A program made the position numbers and the translations under genes. Of a stretch of DNA of 59,484 bases, positions 9,478-20,000 are shown piece by piece; the first letter of the stretch is position 1, and each line of letters begins with the position of its first letter. The stretch is from positions 1 to 59,484 of the forward strand of contig CABUKY010000001.1 in the NCBI GenBank assembly GCA_902492185.1, given 5' to 3'. This DNA comes from an uncultured Collinsella sp. Lineage in GTDB: Bacteria; Actinomycetota; Coriobacteriia; Coriobacteriales; Coriobacteriaceae. Below the pieces are notes generated by a model that worked only from the letters and a program-made list of their open reading frames with translations, was not told the origin of the DNA and ran no database searches.

Positions 9478-11259
9478 TTAGAGGCGAGCGAGGTCGTAGG
9501 CTTGGGCGGCTGACTCACCGGCGAAGATGAGGTTGGTTGTGGCTTCCTGGGGGTCGAGCGCTTGGTCAAGGGGCATGGGCCTGCGGCAGACCGGCAGAGC
9601 TAAGTCGACACCCTGCCCATACACCGCATCCAGGTTGTCAGCACGACCGCCCACGACGGCGACCACCGGCTTGCCATATCGCTTCGCACGACGGGCCACG
9701 CCCACCGGTGCCTTACCGGCGGCGGATTGCTCGTCCATATTGCCCTCGCCTGTAATGACCAGGTCGACATCGCGCACGCGCTCGTCAAACCCAATCAGAT
9801 CGAGCACCGTCTCTACGCCCGAGCGCAGCTCCGCCCCGAGCGCCAGCAGCGCGGCGCCCAAGCCACCTGCCGCGCCCGCGCCGGGCACGCCGAGCACCGA
9901 GCCAAATGTCCGTGCGCCCTCGGGTGTGCGCAACAACCCCTGAGCCCGCGCCCTAGCAATCGCTGCATCGAGCAGGCGGCCATAGCCGACCATCCATCCG
10001 TCGTATTTGCCCAGGGCCTCGGCATCCCCCGTCGGCAGACCCTTCTGTCCACCGAACACCACAAGCGCGCCGCGACGCCCCACGAGCGGATTCTCGACAT
10101 CGGAGAGCACAACGATACGAGCGCCGTCCAAAGCCTGCAGCGCTGGCGCCAAATCAACGCTCGCCACCTGCTCAAGGCCGGCAAGACCGGGGGCAACATC
10201 GCAGCCCTGGTCATCGACCACACGCGCGCCCAGCGCCTGCAGCATGCCGGCGCCACCGTCGTTGGTGGCGCTGCCGCCCAAGCCAATATAGATAGTCTTT
10301 GCACCCGCGCGAACCGCACGGAGCATCAGCTCGCCCACGCCATAGGTCGAAGCCGCAAGCGCCGACGACTCCGCGCAAGGCGAATACCCGATGCCCGCGG
10401 CTTCGGCCATCTCAATAACAGCCGACTCGCGCTCGCCGTCCACTAACATCCGGGCAGACACACGCTCGCCAAAGGGGCCTGCGACATCGCAGGTTGAGAG
10501 CTCGCCACCGCAGGCGGCAACGGCATCGAGCGTCCCCTCACCGCCATCCGCCAGCGGCAATGCGCGCACCTCGGCATCGGGCCACACACGGCGCATGCCT
10601 TCGGCAACCGCCGCCTCCGCCTGCGCACTCGACACGCTGCCCTTAAAGGAGTCGATCGCCAGCAGCACACGGCGGGGCCGGCGGCACGCAGGACCAAAGT
10701 CAACCGCCGTGCCAGCATCCTCACCGGCACCTGCAAGCGCTGCGGCGTGAGCGGCGTGTGCTTCAAGATCGGCCCCGCAACCGCAATCAGCGCCACCCGC
10801 TCCGCGCAGACCGCCAAAATAGTTACTCAGCAGCTCGCGGCATTCATCCGCCAGGACCCCAGCCGTCACGTTAAACCGATGATTCAGACGCGAATCGGCA
10901 TTCAGGTCATACAGCGAACCCAGCGCGCCCGCCTTGGCGTCACGCGCGCCATACACGCAGCGCCCCACGCGCGCGTTAACCATAAGCCCCGCACACATGC
11001 AGCATGGCTCGAGCGTCACGTAGACCGTGCAATCGGAAAGGCGCCAGCGACCGAGCGACCGAGCGGCAGCGCACAGGGCCGCGAACTCTGCATGAGCCGA
11101 AGGGTCCTGGTCGAGCTCGCGACGATTATGCGCCCGCGCGACGGTCTCACCCACGCGCACCACCACAGCGCCAATGGGCACTTCGCCCACTGCCGCAGCA
11201 GCGCGCGCCTCCGCCAGCGCCTCGCGCATGAACTTCTCGTCGATTTCGGTAATCGTCAT
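9478..11259 (-). CDS. tadA: Fusion: tRNA adenosine(34) deaminase TadA + glycerate kinase (GlxK/GarK family)
   Basis: N-terminal EVPIGA, HAE and EPCCMC Zn motifs; C-terminal DSFKGS, ADGGEG, GLGGSATNDGG, GAAGG, TGEG; single reading frame. Confidence 0.85.
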   Translation of the reverse strand: MTITEIDEKFMREALAEARAAAAVGEVPIGAVVVRVGETVARAHNRRELDQDPSAHAEFAALCAAARSLGRWRLSDCTVYVTLEPCCMCAGLMVNARVGRCVYGARDAKAGALGSLYDLNADSRLNHRFNVTAGVLADECRELLSNYFGGLRGAGGADCGCGADLEAHAAHAAALAGAGEDAGTAVDFGPACRRPRRVLLAIDSFKGSVSSAQAEAAVAEGMRRVWPDAEVRALPLADGGEGTLDAVAACGGELSTCDVAGPFGERVSARMLVDGERESAVIEMAEAAGIGYSPCAESSALAASTYGVGELMLRAVRAGAKTIYIGLGGSATNDGGAGMLQALGARVVDDQGCDVAPGLAGLEQVASVDLAPALQALDGARIVVLSDVENPLVGRRGALVVFGGQKGLPTGDAEALGKYDGWMVGYGRLLDAAIARARAQGLLRTPEGARTFGSVLGVPGAGAAGGLGAALLALGAELRSGVETVLDLIGFDERVRDVDLVITGEGNMDEQSAAGKAPVGVARRAKRYGKPVVAVVGGRADNLDAVYGQGVDLALPVCRRPMPLDQALDPQEATTNLIFAGESAAQAYDLARL

Positions 11260-11310
11260 CGTTCGCCTTCCCTGTTGCAAATTCAAAACGATGCTATCAT
11301 TACGACTCAC

Positions 11311-11400
11311 GGAGAGATGGCAGAGCGGTTGAATGCGGCGGTCTTGAAAACCGTTGAGCGCGAGAGCGTTCCGGGGGTTCGAATCCCCCTCTCTCCGCCA
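11311..11400 (+). tRNA. tRNA-Ser(TGA)
   Basis: GGAGAGA/TCTCTCC acceptor stem, anticodon loop CTTGAAA, long variable arm, GTTCGAATC, encoded CCA. Confidence 0.95.
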
Positions 11401-11402
11401 CT

Positions 11403-11999
11403 TTAGTGATGCACCGGCGTCATGGTCCGCTCAAACAGTGCATCGACCACGTCGGCCATCTCGGGTCGACGCTCAAGATCGTGGCCCGATTCCCACCATA
11501 TCGTGAAAAGTCGAATAATACCGCCGGCGACAAACTCAGACGTCGTCTCGAGTGACACGGGGGCCAGGGCATCCTCGGCAAGCACGTTCATCACACGCTC
11601 GCGGATGGAGCGGGCAATGCGGTCGCAAATAACGTTGGTCAACATACCCGACATGCTGCTTGCCAAAATGTTATCCATGAGCTGCTCGTGCGCCAGAATC
11701 AAATCCATGGCATCGTCCAAAATCGCGTGCCGAAGCGCGCGCACGTCCTCGGCAGACACTGCGCCGGCCTCATCGGGCTGTTTTTGCGGCAAGCCCGACA
11801 TGAGCTCATCGATATAAAAGGCAAAGTAATCGTTCTTGTCGCGAAAGTGCTTGTAGAACGTCGTGCGGCGAATCATGGCGCGGTCGCACAGCATGGCAAC
11901 CGTCAGGTCCTCAAAACGATGCTCCTCGAGAAGCTCGGTGAAGGCATCGAACAGGGCGCGGTAGGTTTTCTTGATGCGAAGGTCCACTGGTATCGCCAT
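11403..11999 (-). CDS. TetR/AcrR family regulator
   Basis: DLRIKKT...LTVAMLCDRAMIRRTTFYKHF HTH. Confidence 0.85.
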   Translation of the reverse strand: MAIPVDLRIKKTYRALFDAFTELLEEHRFEDLTVAMLCDRAMIRRTTFYKHFRDKNDYFAFYIDELMSGLPQKQPDEAGAVSAEDVRALRHAILDDAMDLILAHEQLMDNILASSMSGMLTNVICDRIARSIRERVMNVLAEDALAPVSLETTSEFVAGGIIRLFTIWWESGHDLERRPEMADVVDALFERTMTPVHH

Positions 12000-12198
12000 C
12001 CTCAGGGCAAAGACAACACTCGTCAATCTGTCGCATATCTTACACCTGTACCTCGCGCGCTTTGCCCCGGTACCGACCCCGCCGAAAACACAACGCTTAC
12101 CGGAAAGTTCGGCACGGCAAAACGTTGCGGGTATACTAGTAGCGTTATACCAACGGCAGCTGGCGCATGCCGCCGCGGCCATTCGAAACGGAGACATC

Positions 12199-12750
12199 AT
12201 GATTACCGTCATCATCGGCATCGTTGTTGTCATTGTGATTGTCTGCGCCATCGCCGGCATCTACAACAACATGGTCACCAAGCGTAACCGCATCGATAAC
12301 GCCTGGCAGAACATCGATACGCAGCTGCAGCGCCGCAACGACCTGATCCCCAACCTGGTCGAGACCGTCAAGGGCTACGCCAAGCACGAGCAGGAGACGC
12401 TCTCCGCCGTGATCAGCGCGCGTAACACCGCCGTCAAGGCCACCACGCCCGAGGCCAAGATGGAAGCCGACAACGTGCTGACCGGTGCGCTGCGCCAGCT
12501 CTTCGCCGTAGCCGAGGCCTACCCCGATCTTAAGGCAAACACCAACTTTACGCAGCTGCAGGCATCGCTCGAGGATACCGAGAACAAGATTAGCTATGCA
12601 CGCCAGAGCTACAACGATTGTGTGCTCAGCTACAACAACGCCATTCAGACGTTCCCGGCTGTCATCTTTGCCGGCATCTTCCAGTTTAAGGAGCGCCAGG
12701 GCTTCGAGGCCGCTGAAGCAGCCCGTCAGGCCCCGACCGTCAAGTTCTAG
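12199..12750 (+). CDS. lemA: LemA family protein
   Basis: N-terminal TM, QRRNDLIPNLVETVKGY, AVAEAYPDLKAN. Confidence 0.92.
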   Translation: MITVIIGIVVVIVIVCAIAGIYNNMVTKRNRIDNAWQNIDTQLQRRNDLIPNLVETVKGYAKHEQETLSAVISARNTAVKATTPEAKMEADNVLTGALRQLFAVAEAYPDLKANTNFTQLQASLEDTENKISYARQSYNDCVLSYNNAIQTFPAVIFAGIFQFKERQGFEAAEAARQAPTVKF

Positions 12751-12787
12751 TAGTTTGGCAGCGCATCCTTAATCGGCCAAATGCATA

Positions 12788-12826
12788 AACCGCCCCGTCG
12801 AATGCATACTTCGACGGGGCGGTTTC
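12788..12826 (+). terminator. Intrinsic terminator
   Basis: AAACCGCCCCGTCGAA...TTCGACGGGGCGGTTT. Confidence 0.65.
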
Positions 12827-13102
12827 CTTTTTCGCGAAGGTCCCCCTCTAAGCGCCGTGCATTTTTAGGAGTATTCAACATAACCAAGAGCTTCGGGCGC
12901 CACGATAAGTGCCAAAGACCGCGAATATCCCTGCAAATCAAACGCTGTCAGCCCGTAACCCCGCCCATCATTCGTAGAAAACATCGAGAAATCCCGATTT
13001 TTTGCCCGAGGTCGGTATGCAGGGGCCTTCGATTGCAGAACACTCGCAAAAATGCACGTCGCCACCACCCCCACATGGCGCGAACCAAAACAAAAGCGCG
13101 GC

Positions 13103-13199
13103 CTTCCTTTCCGGCGCACTCCGCAGGACGAAAGAACCTCCGCCGCACGAAGTGCGCAGCGGAGGTTCTTTCATGTCCGAGGACGCGCCGGAAAGGAAG
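13103..13199. repeat. Long imperfect intergenic hairpin
   Basis: CTTCCTTTCCGGCGC...GAAAGAACCTCCGC / GCGGAGGTTCTTTC...GCGCCGGAAAGGAAG. Confidence 0.8.
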
Positions 13200-13229
13200 A
13201 TCGCCCTCGGGCCGGACAGCTAAGACAGC

Positions 13230-14282
13230 TTACGCGACGGTGTAAACCCAGTTGTGCTTGTCCTCGACAGCACCAGACTGGATGCCGGTCAGAGTCTCGC
13301 GGAGCTTCTTCATCACGGGGCCGATCTCGGTGTAGCCAGCCGGGAAGGTCACGGTCTCGTCGGCGCCGTAAACCTTGTTGTCGATCTCGCCAACCGGGGA
13401 GATGACGGCAGCGGTGCCGCACAGGCCGCACTCGACAAAGGTACCGGCCTTGACCTCGGCCCACTCGACGGGACGCTGGTCAACGGTCATGCCCAGGTCC
13501 TGAGCAACCTGAACGAGCGAACGACGGGTGATAGAGGGCAGGATGGAGTCGGTGTGCGACTGCGGAACGACGAGGGTGCCGTCCTCCTTCACGAACAGCA
13601 CGTTGGCGCCGCCGGTCTCCTCGACATAGGTGCGGGACTCGGAGTCGAGATACAGGTTCTCGGCATAGCCCTCGCGATGGGCCTCCATCGTGGGCTTAAG
13701 GGACATGGCGTAGTTCAGGCCGGCCTTGATGTTGCCGGTGCCGTGCGGTGCGGCACGGTCATACTCGGAAACGCGCAGCTTGACGGGCTTGAGGCCACCC
13801 TTAAAGTACGGACCGACCGGGGTCACGAGAATGCGGAACGTGTACTCAGGAGCGGGAGCCACGCCGATCACGTCACCGGAACCGATCATAAACGGACGCA
13901 CGTACAGGGTCGCGCCGGAGCCGAAGGGCGGAACCCAGGCGGCGTTGGCAGAGACGACCTGCTTGACGGCCTCAACGAACTTGTTCTTGGGGAACGGGGG
14001 CATCTCGAGGCGCTGCGCAGAGTTGTACATGCGCTCGGCGTTCATGTCGGGACGGAAACAGACGATGCTGCCGTCCTCGGCGGTGTAGGCCTTCAGGCCC
14101 TCAAAGACCTCCTGGCAGTAATGGAAGATGCCGCCGCACTCGGAGACATGCAGGGTATGGTCGGTGGTCAGGCCACCCTCGTCCCACTCGCCGTCCTTCC
14201 AATGAGCCTCGTAGCTGTAATCGGTCTTCATGTAGCCAAAGCCGAGGCTACCCCAATCGATATCCTTCTTCTCGACAGTCAT
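13230..14282 (-). CDS. ilvE: Branched-chain amino acid aminotransferase
   Basis: FEGLKAY, LYVRP, IKAGLNY (PLP Lys), ILPSITR; RBS AAGGAG. Confidence 0.93.
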   Translation of the reverse strand: MTVEKKDIDWGSLGFGYMKTDYSYEAHWKDGEWDEGGLTTDHTLHVSECGGIFHYCQEVFEGLKAYTAEDGSIVCFRPDMNAERMYNSAQRLEMPPFPKNKFVEAVKQVVSANAAWVPPFGSGATLYVRPFMIGSGDVIGVAPAPEYTFRILVTPVGPYFKGGLKPVKLRVSEYDRAAPHGTGNIKAGLNYAMSLKPTMEAHREGYAENLYLDSESRTYVEETGGANVLFVKEDGTLVVPQSHTDSILPSITRRSLVQVAQDLGMTVDQRPVEWAEVKAGTFVECGLCGTAAVISPVGEIDNKVYGADETVTFPAGYTEIGPVMKKLRETLTGIQSGAVEDKHNWVYTVA

Positions 14283-14571
14283 ATGTCGCTCCTTACATAC
14301 ACAGTTGCAAACTCGCGAACCCGCACGCAAGGACCGAGGCCGACCGCGTCGCAACGTCGCACGCCCGGAGCGTAGAGCCGGACGGGACACGCGAACAGCA
14401 TCAAAGCCGATGGCACGTCGATTCGCATGCACGAGATTGTACTCCCCGTACGCGTCTGATAAAACGCTTTTCTTTAACTAAGTAAAGTATTTTCATTTGG
14501 CTGAAACTAAAGAGGCCCGCCACCGTAAGCGGTGACGGGCCTCAACTGCACGCTTTGCGCGCTGGCTCGAG

Positions 14572-15219
14572 CTACGCGTTCTTTTTGCCAAGCTTAGCCT
14601 TAACCAGACCGACCACGGTCGGGATGATCGACACGGCAACGATGCCGACGATCAGCAGCTCAAAGTGCTCCTGCACAAAGGGGATGCCGCCAAAGAAGTA
14701 GCCCAGCAGTGTAAAGAGCGTCGACCAGGTAATGCCGCCCAGCACGTTAAAGATGACAAAATTGCGCCAGTGCATGCCGCCCATGCCGGCGATAAAGGGC
14801 ACAAAGGTGCGGATAAACGGGAAGAAGCGACCCAGGAAGATGGCCAGGTGACCCCACTTGTCCAAGAAATCCTCGGACTTTTTGATGCGCTCGGGCGTCA
14901 TGGCCTTGACCTTGCCCGAAGCGATAATCTTTTTGCCAAAGAAGTGACCGATCATAAAGTTGCACTGGTCACCCAGGATGGCAGCAGCCCATGCGACGGC
15001 CAGCAGAGCCACGATGTTAAAGCCGCCGTTGTGGGCAAAGAAGCCCGAAGCGAACAGCAGCGAATCGCCAGGGAGAAACGGGAAGAACACCACGCCCGTC
15101 TCAATGAAGATAATCAGGAACACGCAGCCATAGGCCACAAGCGGGCCGGCGGCGATCCAGCTGGCAATCGCGGTGCGCGGGTCTTTGAGCAGCTCGGCGA
15201 TAAAATTGATGAAACCCAT
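14572..15219 (-). CDS. DedA/VTT domain membrane protein
   Basis: FIETG..FPFLPGDSLLF, GRFFPFIRTF. Confidence 0.9.
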   Translation of the reverse strand: MGFINFIAELLKDPRTAIASWIAAGPLVAYGCVFLIIFIETGVVFFPFLPGDSLLFASGFFAHNGGFNIVALLAVAWAAAILGDQCNFMIGHFFGKKIIASGKVKAMTPERIKKSEDFLDKWGHLAIFLGRFFPFIRTFVPFIAGMGGMHWRNFVIFNVLGGITWSTLFTLLGYFFGGIPFVQEHFELLIVGIVAVSIIPTVVGLVKAKLGKKNA

Positions 15220-15442
15220 GAAGCAAAACCTCTCAGTTGCGGGCGCGGATACGTCCAAGTTGACCAGTATACGGTTGCTGCGCCCCCTCGTGCGCAACCC
15301 CACAAAAGCATGACTCCATTACCAGCAAGTTTGCATAACTGACACCTGTCGTGCAATGCCGCCAAGATTGTCCTTCCTAATCCCTAGCGAATCGCTATAC
15401 TTTATTGAATCGCATTGCCATGGCGCTAAGGGAGGGCGGCCG

Positions 15443-16147
15443 GTGAGCTTTATCAATACCATTCGCGAGGACATCAAGACCGTCCAAGCGCAGGATCCCG
15501 CCGCGCAAAACGGTCTGGTCATCTTCCTTTCCTATCCTGGCCTGCACGCCAAGTGGAACCACGTGCCCGAGCACTGGCTCTGGGAGCACGGTCATCGCTC
15601 GCTCGCCCGCGTGCTCTCGCAAATCCCCCGCCACATCACCGGCGTCGAGATTCATCCCGCGGCACAGATCGGCAAGCATTTCTTTATCGACCATGCCATG
15701 GGCGTCGTCATCGGCGAGACCACCATTGTGGGCGACAACTGCGTGCTCTACCAGGGCGTCACGCTCGGCGGCACCGGCAACGAGACCGGCAAACGCCACC
15801 CAACGCTCGGCAACAACGTCACCGTGGGCACGGGCGCCAAGGTGCTCGGCAACATCCGCATCGGCAACAACGTCAAAATCGGCGGCAACTCGGTTGTCGT
15901 CAAGGACGTGCCCGACAACTGCACCGTCGTGGGCGTGCCGGGACGCATCATCAAGCGCAACGGCTGCCGTGTGTTCGAGGAGAGTTTCGACGCCAAGCAG
16001 CATCGCGAGTACATGCCCGATGACGCCGCCGAGCAGAGTGCCCTCAACCGCCAGGGCATCACCGAAAACGCCCGCCGCGTCAAGGAACTCGAGCGAGAGG
16101 TGGCCGAGCTCAAAGCCCTCGTCGCAAAGCTCGTGGACGAACGCTAG
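15443..16147 (+). CDS. cysE: Serine O-acetyltransferase
   Basis: DPAA, YPGLHA, EIHPAA, FIDH, GKRHP hexapeptide repeats; GTG start after GGAGG. Confidence 0.9.
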   Translation: MSFINTIREDIKTVQAQDPAAQNGLVIFLSYPGLHAKWNHVPEHWLWEHGHRSLARVLSQIPRHITGVEIHPAAQIGKHFFIDHAMGVVIGETTIVGDNCVLYQGVTLGGTGNETGKRHPTLGNNVTVGTGAKVLGNIRIGNNVKIGGNSVVVKDVPDNCTVVGVPGRIIKRNGCRVFEESFDAKQHREYMPDDAAEQSALNRQGITENARRVKELEREVAELKALVAKLVDER

Positions 16148-16255
16148 GGCTGCGAACGGTACAAGCCCGCATCAACACAAGAAGGCGCGCCAGGGAATTC
16201 ATCCCCGGCGCGCCTTTCTTTTTGATGTGACATGCGGGACTGTCCCTTTGCCACA

Positions 16256-18271
16256 TTATGCGAACTGGCTCAGATAGAGGTCGGCGTAGGCACCCTCGGC
16301 AGCCAGCAGCTCCTTATGCGTGCCCTGCTCGATAATGTTGCCGTGGTCCATGACCAGAATCAGGTCGGCATCCACGATTGTCGACAGGCGATGCGCGATC
16401 ACAAAGCTCGTGCGCCCGCGCATGAGCGCGTCCATGGCACGACCGATGGCAAGCTCGGTGCGCGTATCCACGCTTGAGGTCGCCTCGTCCAGGATGAGAA
16501 TCGCCGGGTTGTTGAGCAGCACGCGTGCGATGGTCAGCAGCTGACGCTGGCCCTGGCTGATGCTTTCGGCATCGTTGGCCACGCGCGTGTCGTAGCTCTG
16601 CGGCATGGTGCGCACAAAGAAGTCAACCTGGGCGGCGCGCGCAGCCGCAACAATCTCCTCGCGCGTTGCCTCAGGACAGCCGTAGGCGATGTTTTCGGCA
16701 ATCGTGCCATCGAATAGCCAGGCGTCCTGCAGCACCATGCCAAACTGCTGACGTAGCTCGCCGCGATCCATGCGGCTCGTATCCACGCCGTCGAGCGTAA
16801 TACGCCCGCCGTCAATCTCATAGAAGCGCATGAGCAGGTTGATGAGCGTCGTCTTGCCTGCGCCCGTGGTTCCCACCACGGCAATCTTCTGGCCCGGCTC
16901 GGCGGTAAACGACACGTCGCGCATAAGCGGCTTGTCGAGCGAATAACCAAAGCGCACGTGCTCAAAGGAGACGCGACCCTCAACGCGACCCGGCAGCTTG
17001 GCAGCCTCGTCCGGCAGCGGATCGGCTTCCATCTCGGGCTCATCAAGCAGGTCGAACACGCGCTCCGCACTCGCCAGCGCGCTCTGCAGCGAGTTGAAAG
17101 TAAACGACAACTGCGTCATGGGTTCGGACGCCTCGTAGATAAACTGGAAGAACGCCTGGAACACGCCGACGGTCATGTGGCCGGCAACCAGCATACTGCA
17201 GCCCACAATCGCAATCACGATCTGTGCCAGGCGGCCGATAAAGCGCACCGCGGGGCCGACGGCGTTAATCATAAAGTCGGCCTTGGCACTCACGCGTGCC
17301 AGCTCGCCCGAGGCCTCGTGCACTTCGGCAGAACTCTGACGCTCGCGGTTAAACGCGCGAATCACCAGACGGCCCGAGTAGCCCTCCTCGACCGCGCTCG
17401 TGATTTTGGACACCCACTCCTGGCGCTCGCCGGTCATGTCATGTGTGCGACGCGAGACCACTTTGGTCATCAGCAGCGACAGCACCATAAAGAACAAAAA
17501 GACGAGCGTGAGCGGCACGCTAAACACGAACATCACGCTCACGGCGCCCACCACGGTACCGATCGACACCAGCAGCTGCAGCAGTCCGCGCTGCATACTC
17601 TCGGACATCTTGTCCAAGTCGTTGGTCGCGCGACTGACCACTTCTCCGGGGCGATGCGCGTCAAAGTAGGCGAGCGGCAGACGGTTGAGCTTTTGTGCGA
17701 TGCGGTTGCGTAGGCGCAGGTTGAGGCGCTCGGCAACGCTCGACATCAAAAAGCTCTGGAGCGCGTAGAACGAGGCGGCGGCTGTCCAAATCATAAAGTA
17801 GACGAAGATGGTCTTGCCGCAGTTCTCCCAAGTGATGTTGAAGGTGGTTCCGTTGGCAAACGCCACCTGAATGTGGCCCCACAGCTCATCGATCACGCGG
17901 GCGCTATATGCCGGCGCAGCGGTGTTAAAGATGGCGTAGAACACAATGCTCGCGAACACGATATAGAAGCGCCAATGGTCGCCGGCAGCCTCGCTCCACA
18001 GGCGGCGCACCGTCGCCCAGGTGTCGCGGGGTTTCTCGTCCTCGTCCTCGTCGCCCACATCGCGCATACGCTCTGCCTCGGCGCGGGCGCGCTCGTCCTC
18101 GACACGTTCGTTTTCCTCGTAGAGCGCTTGGCGGCGAGCCTCGCGCTCGGCTGCAGCCTTGGCGGCGTCATCCAGCTCGGTCGACGCGGCAGTCGTTTCC
18201 TCGGCCAGTCCCGCGGCAGCGGCGTCATCAACGCCGCCCTGCTTCTTGAGCTCCTCGGTCATGCTACTCAC
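16256..18271 (-). CDS. ABC exporter TMD+NBD (consensus subunit), charged N-terminal extension
   Basis: GTTGAGKT, ISQGQ, LILDEATS. Confidence 0.9.
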   Translation of the reverse strand: MSSMTEELKKQGGVDDAAAAGLAEETTAASTELDDAAKAAAEREARRQALYEENERVEDERARAEAERMRDVGDEDEDEKPRDTWATVRRLWSEAAGDHWRFYIVFASIVFYAIFNTAAPAYSARVIDELWGHIQVAFANGTTFNITWENCGKTIFVYFMIWTAAASFYALQSFLMSSVAERLNLRLRNRIAQKLNRLPLAYFDAHRPGEVVSRATNDLDKMSESMQRGLLQLLVSIGTVVGAVSVMFVFSVPLTLVFLFFMVLSLLMTKVVSRRTHDMTGERQEWVSKITSAVEEGYSGRLVIRAFNRERQSSAEVHEASGELARVSAKADFMINAVGPAVRFIGRLAQIVIAIVGCSMLVAGHMTVGVFQAFFQFIYEASEPMTQLSFTFNSLQSALASAERVFDLLDEPEMEADPLPDEAAKLPGRVEGRVSFEHVRFGYSLDKPLMRDVSFTAEPGQKIAVVGTTGAGKTTLINLLMRFYEIDGGRITLDGVDTSRMDRGELRQQFGMVLQDAWLFDGTIAENIAYGCPEATREEIVAAARAAQVDFFVRTMPQSYDTRVANDAESISQGQRQLLTIARVLLNNPAILILDEATSSVDTRTELAIGRAMDALMRGRTSFVIAHRLSTIVDADLILVMDHGNIIEQGTHKELLAAEGAYADLYLSQFA

Positions 18272-20000
18272 CTCCCTTCATCTGCGATTCCGCGATGGCG
18301 CGGTACACCTCGCAGGTTTCCATAAGCTCGCCATGCGTGCCCAGACCCACAACCTCGCCATCCTTGAGCACGACGATCTGGTCGGCGTGCAAGATCGTCG
18401 AGATGCGCTGCGCGATGATGAGCACCGCAGCGTCACGCGTCTCGTCTTGCAACGCATGACGCAGGGCGGCATCGGTCTTAAAGTCCAGGGCCGAAAAACT
18501 GTCATCGAAGATATATAGATCGGCATGCTTCATGAGCGCACGGGCGATTGCCAAACGCTGGCGCTGGCCGCCCGAAAAGTTCGTACCGCCCTGGGCAACC
18601 GGGGTATCGAGCCCCTGCGGTTGGTCGAGTACAAAGGTGCTCTGGGCAACCTCAAGCGCGTGAAGCATGTCGCCCTCGGTCGCGCCTTCGTTACCAAAGC
18701 GAAGGTTGCTCGCCACCGTGCCCGAGAACAGCCACGCCTTCTGCGGCACATAGGCAATGCGCCCGCGGATTTCGTCTTGCGTAAGCTCGCGCAGGTCCAC
18801 ACCATTCAGGCGAATGGAGCCCTTGGTGGCATCGTGGAAGCGCAGCAGAAGCTTTGCCACCGTCGATTTGCCCGAGCCTGTCGAGCCAACGATCGCAGTC
18901 GTCTGACCGCGACGGCAGGCAAAGCTCAGGTCGCACAGGGTGTCCTCGTCGGCATCGTCAAAGCGAAACGACATGTGGTCGAACACGGCCACCGCATCGG
19001 CTTCGTCTTGGGGCTCGCGCGCCCCGTCATCCAGCGTGCGCTCGCCATCGACGATGCTCGGCTCAATCTCCAACACCTGCTGCGCACGGTTCAGGCACGC
19101 GGCAGCACGCGGAAGCGTCAGCACCACCATCTGGGCCATCATCACAAAGAACAGGATCAGAATTGCATACTCCAGCACCGCCGAGATACTCGCAATCTGC
19201 ATGGCGTGGGCGCCTACGCGGTTGCCGCCCACCCACAGCACCGCCACCTCGGCGATGTTCATCAAAAAGAAGCTGGAGCTGTCGAGGCCCACAAACAGGT
19301 GGTTGACCTTGATGGCGTTGGCGGCGTAGTCGCTAAACACCTCGTCCAGGCGCCGCTCCTCGTGACGCTCCTTGTTAAACGCACGGATGACGCGCACGCC
19401 CACGATGTTTTCGCGCAGCACCACGTTCATGCGGTCGATAAAGCTCTGCAAGCGCATAAAGATCGGAGCCGCGTTGGCAACCGTAAAGACCGCCGCCACC
19501 AGCACAATCGCAACGACTACGCCCAGAAGCGTGCCCATGGCAGGATCGATAAACCAGGCGAAGATGATGCCCGCCACAGCCAAAAAAGGCACGGGCAGCA
19601 CCAGCTGAATCGTCTGCAGAATCGCCTGCTGAATCACGTTGATATCGTTGAGCGAGCGCGTGATCATCGATCCGGTGCCAAAGCGCTCAAAATCGCTGGC
19701 CGCGAGCTCGAGCGATTTGTCGTACACGGCATTGCGGATATCGCAAGCCACGTTGGCGGCCAGGCGCGCCGAAAGATAGCAGCCCAGCACCGTGCCGCCG
19801 CTAGCCATGCTGGTCGCGATAAACATGTATAGGCCGTTGCGTAAAATGTAGTCGACATCGCCCGTGGTAATACCGGTGTTGACCATGTTCGCCAGCATCG
19901 TGGGAACCAACAGCGTACCGACGTTATCCACCAGCAGCACCAGCAGCGTCACTGCGACAAGCCCTCGATATGGCTTTAGAAACCTCATTAACAGTCGCAC
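18264..20000 (-). CDS. ABC exporter TMD+NBD (degenerate subunit)
   Basis: GSTGSGKS, FSGGQ, IFDDS, AQR. Confidence 0.9.
   Translation of the reverse strand: MRLLMRFLKPYRGLVAVTLLVLLVDNVGTLLVPTMLANMVNTGITTGDVDYILRNGLYMFIATSMASGGTVLGCYLSARLAANVACDIRNAVYDKSLELAASDFERFGTGSMITRSLNDINVIQQAILQTIQLVLPVPFLAVAGIIFAWFIDPAMGTLLGVVVAIVLVAAVFTVANAAPIFMRLQSFIDRMNVVLRENIVGVRVIRAFNKERHEERRLDEVFSDYAANAIKVNHLFVGLDSSSFFLMNIAEVAVLWVGGNRVGAHAMQIASISAVLEYAILILFFVMMAQMVVLTLPRAAACLNRAQQVLEIEPSIVDGERTLDDGAREPQDEADAVAVFDHMSFRFDDADEDTLCDLSFACRRGQTTAIVGSTGSGKSTVAKLLLRFHDATKGSIRLNGVDLRELTQDEIRGRIAYVPQKAWLFSGTVASNLRFGNEGATEGDMLHALEVAQSTFVLDQPQGLDTPVAQGGTNFSGGQRQRLAIARALMKHADLYIFDDSFSALDFKTDAALRHALQDETRDAAVLIIAQRISTILHADQIVVLKDGEVVGLGTHGELMETCEVYRAIAESQMKGGE

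Noticed and set aside
8605..9481. Short ORFs in the gene-free interval (likewise 12747-13245)
   Set aside because: No recognisable motifs or RBS; they overlap palindromic repeats
11311..11400. tRNA-Ser as an integration site for an island
   Set aside because: No integrase and no duplicated tRNA 3' end found in the window
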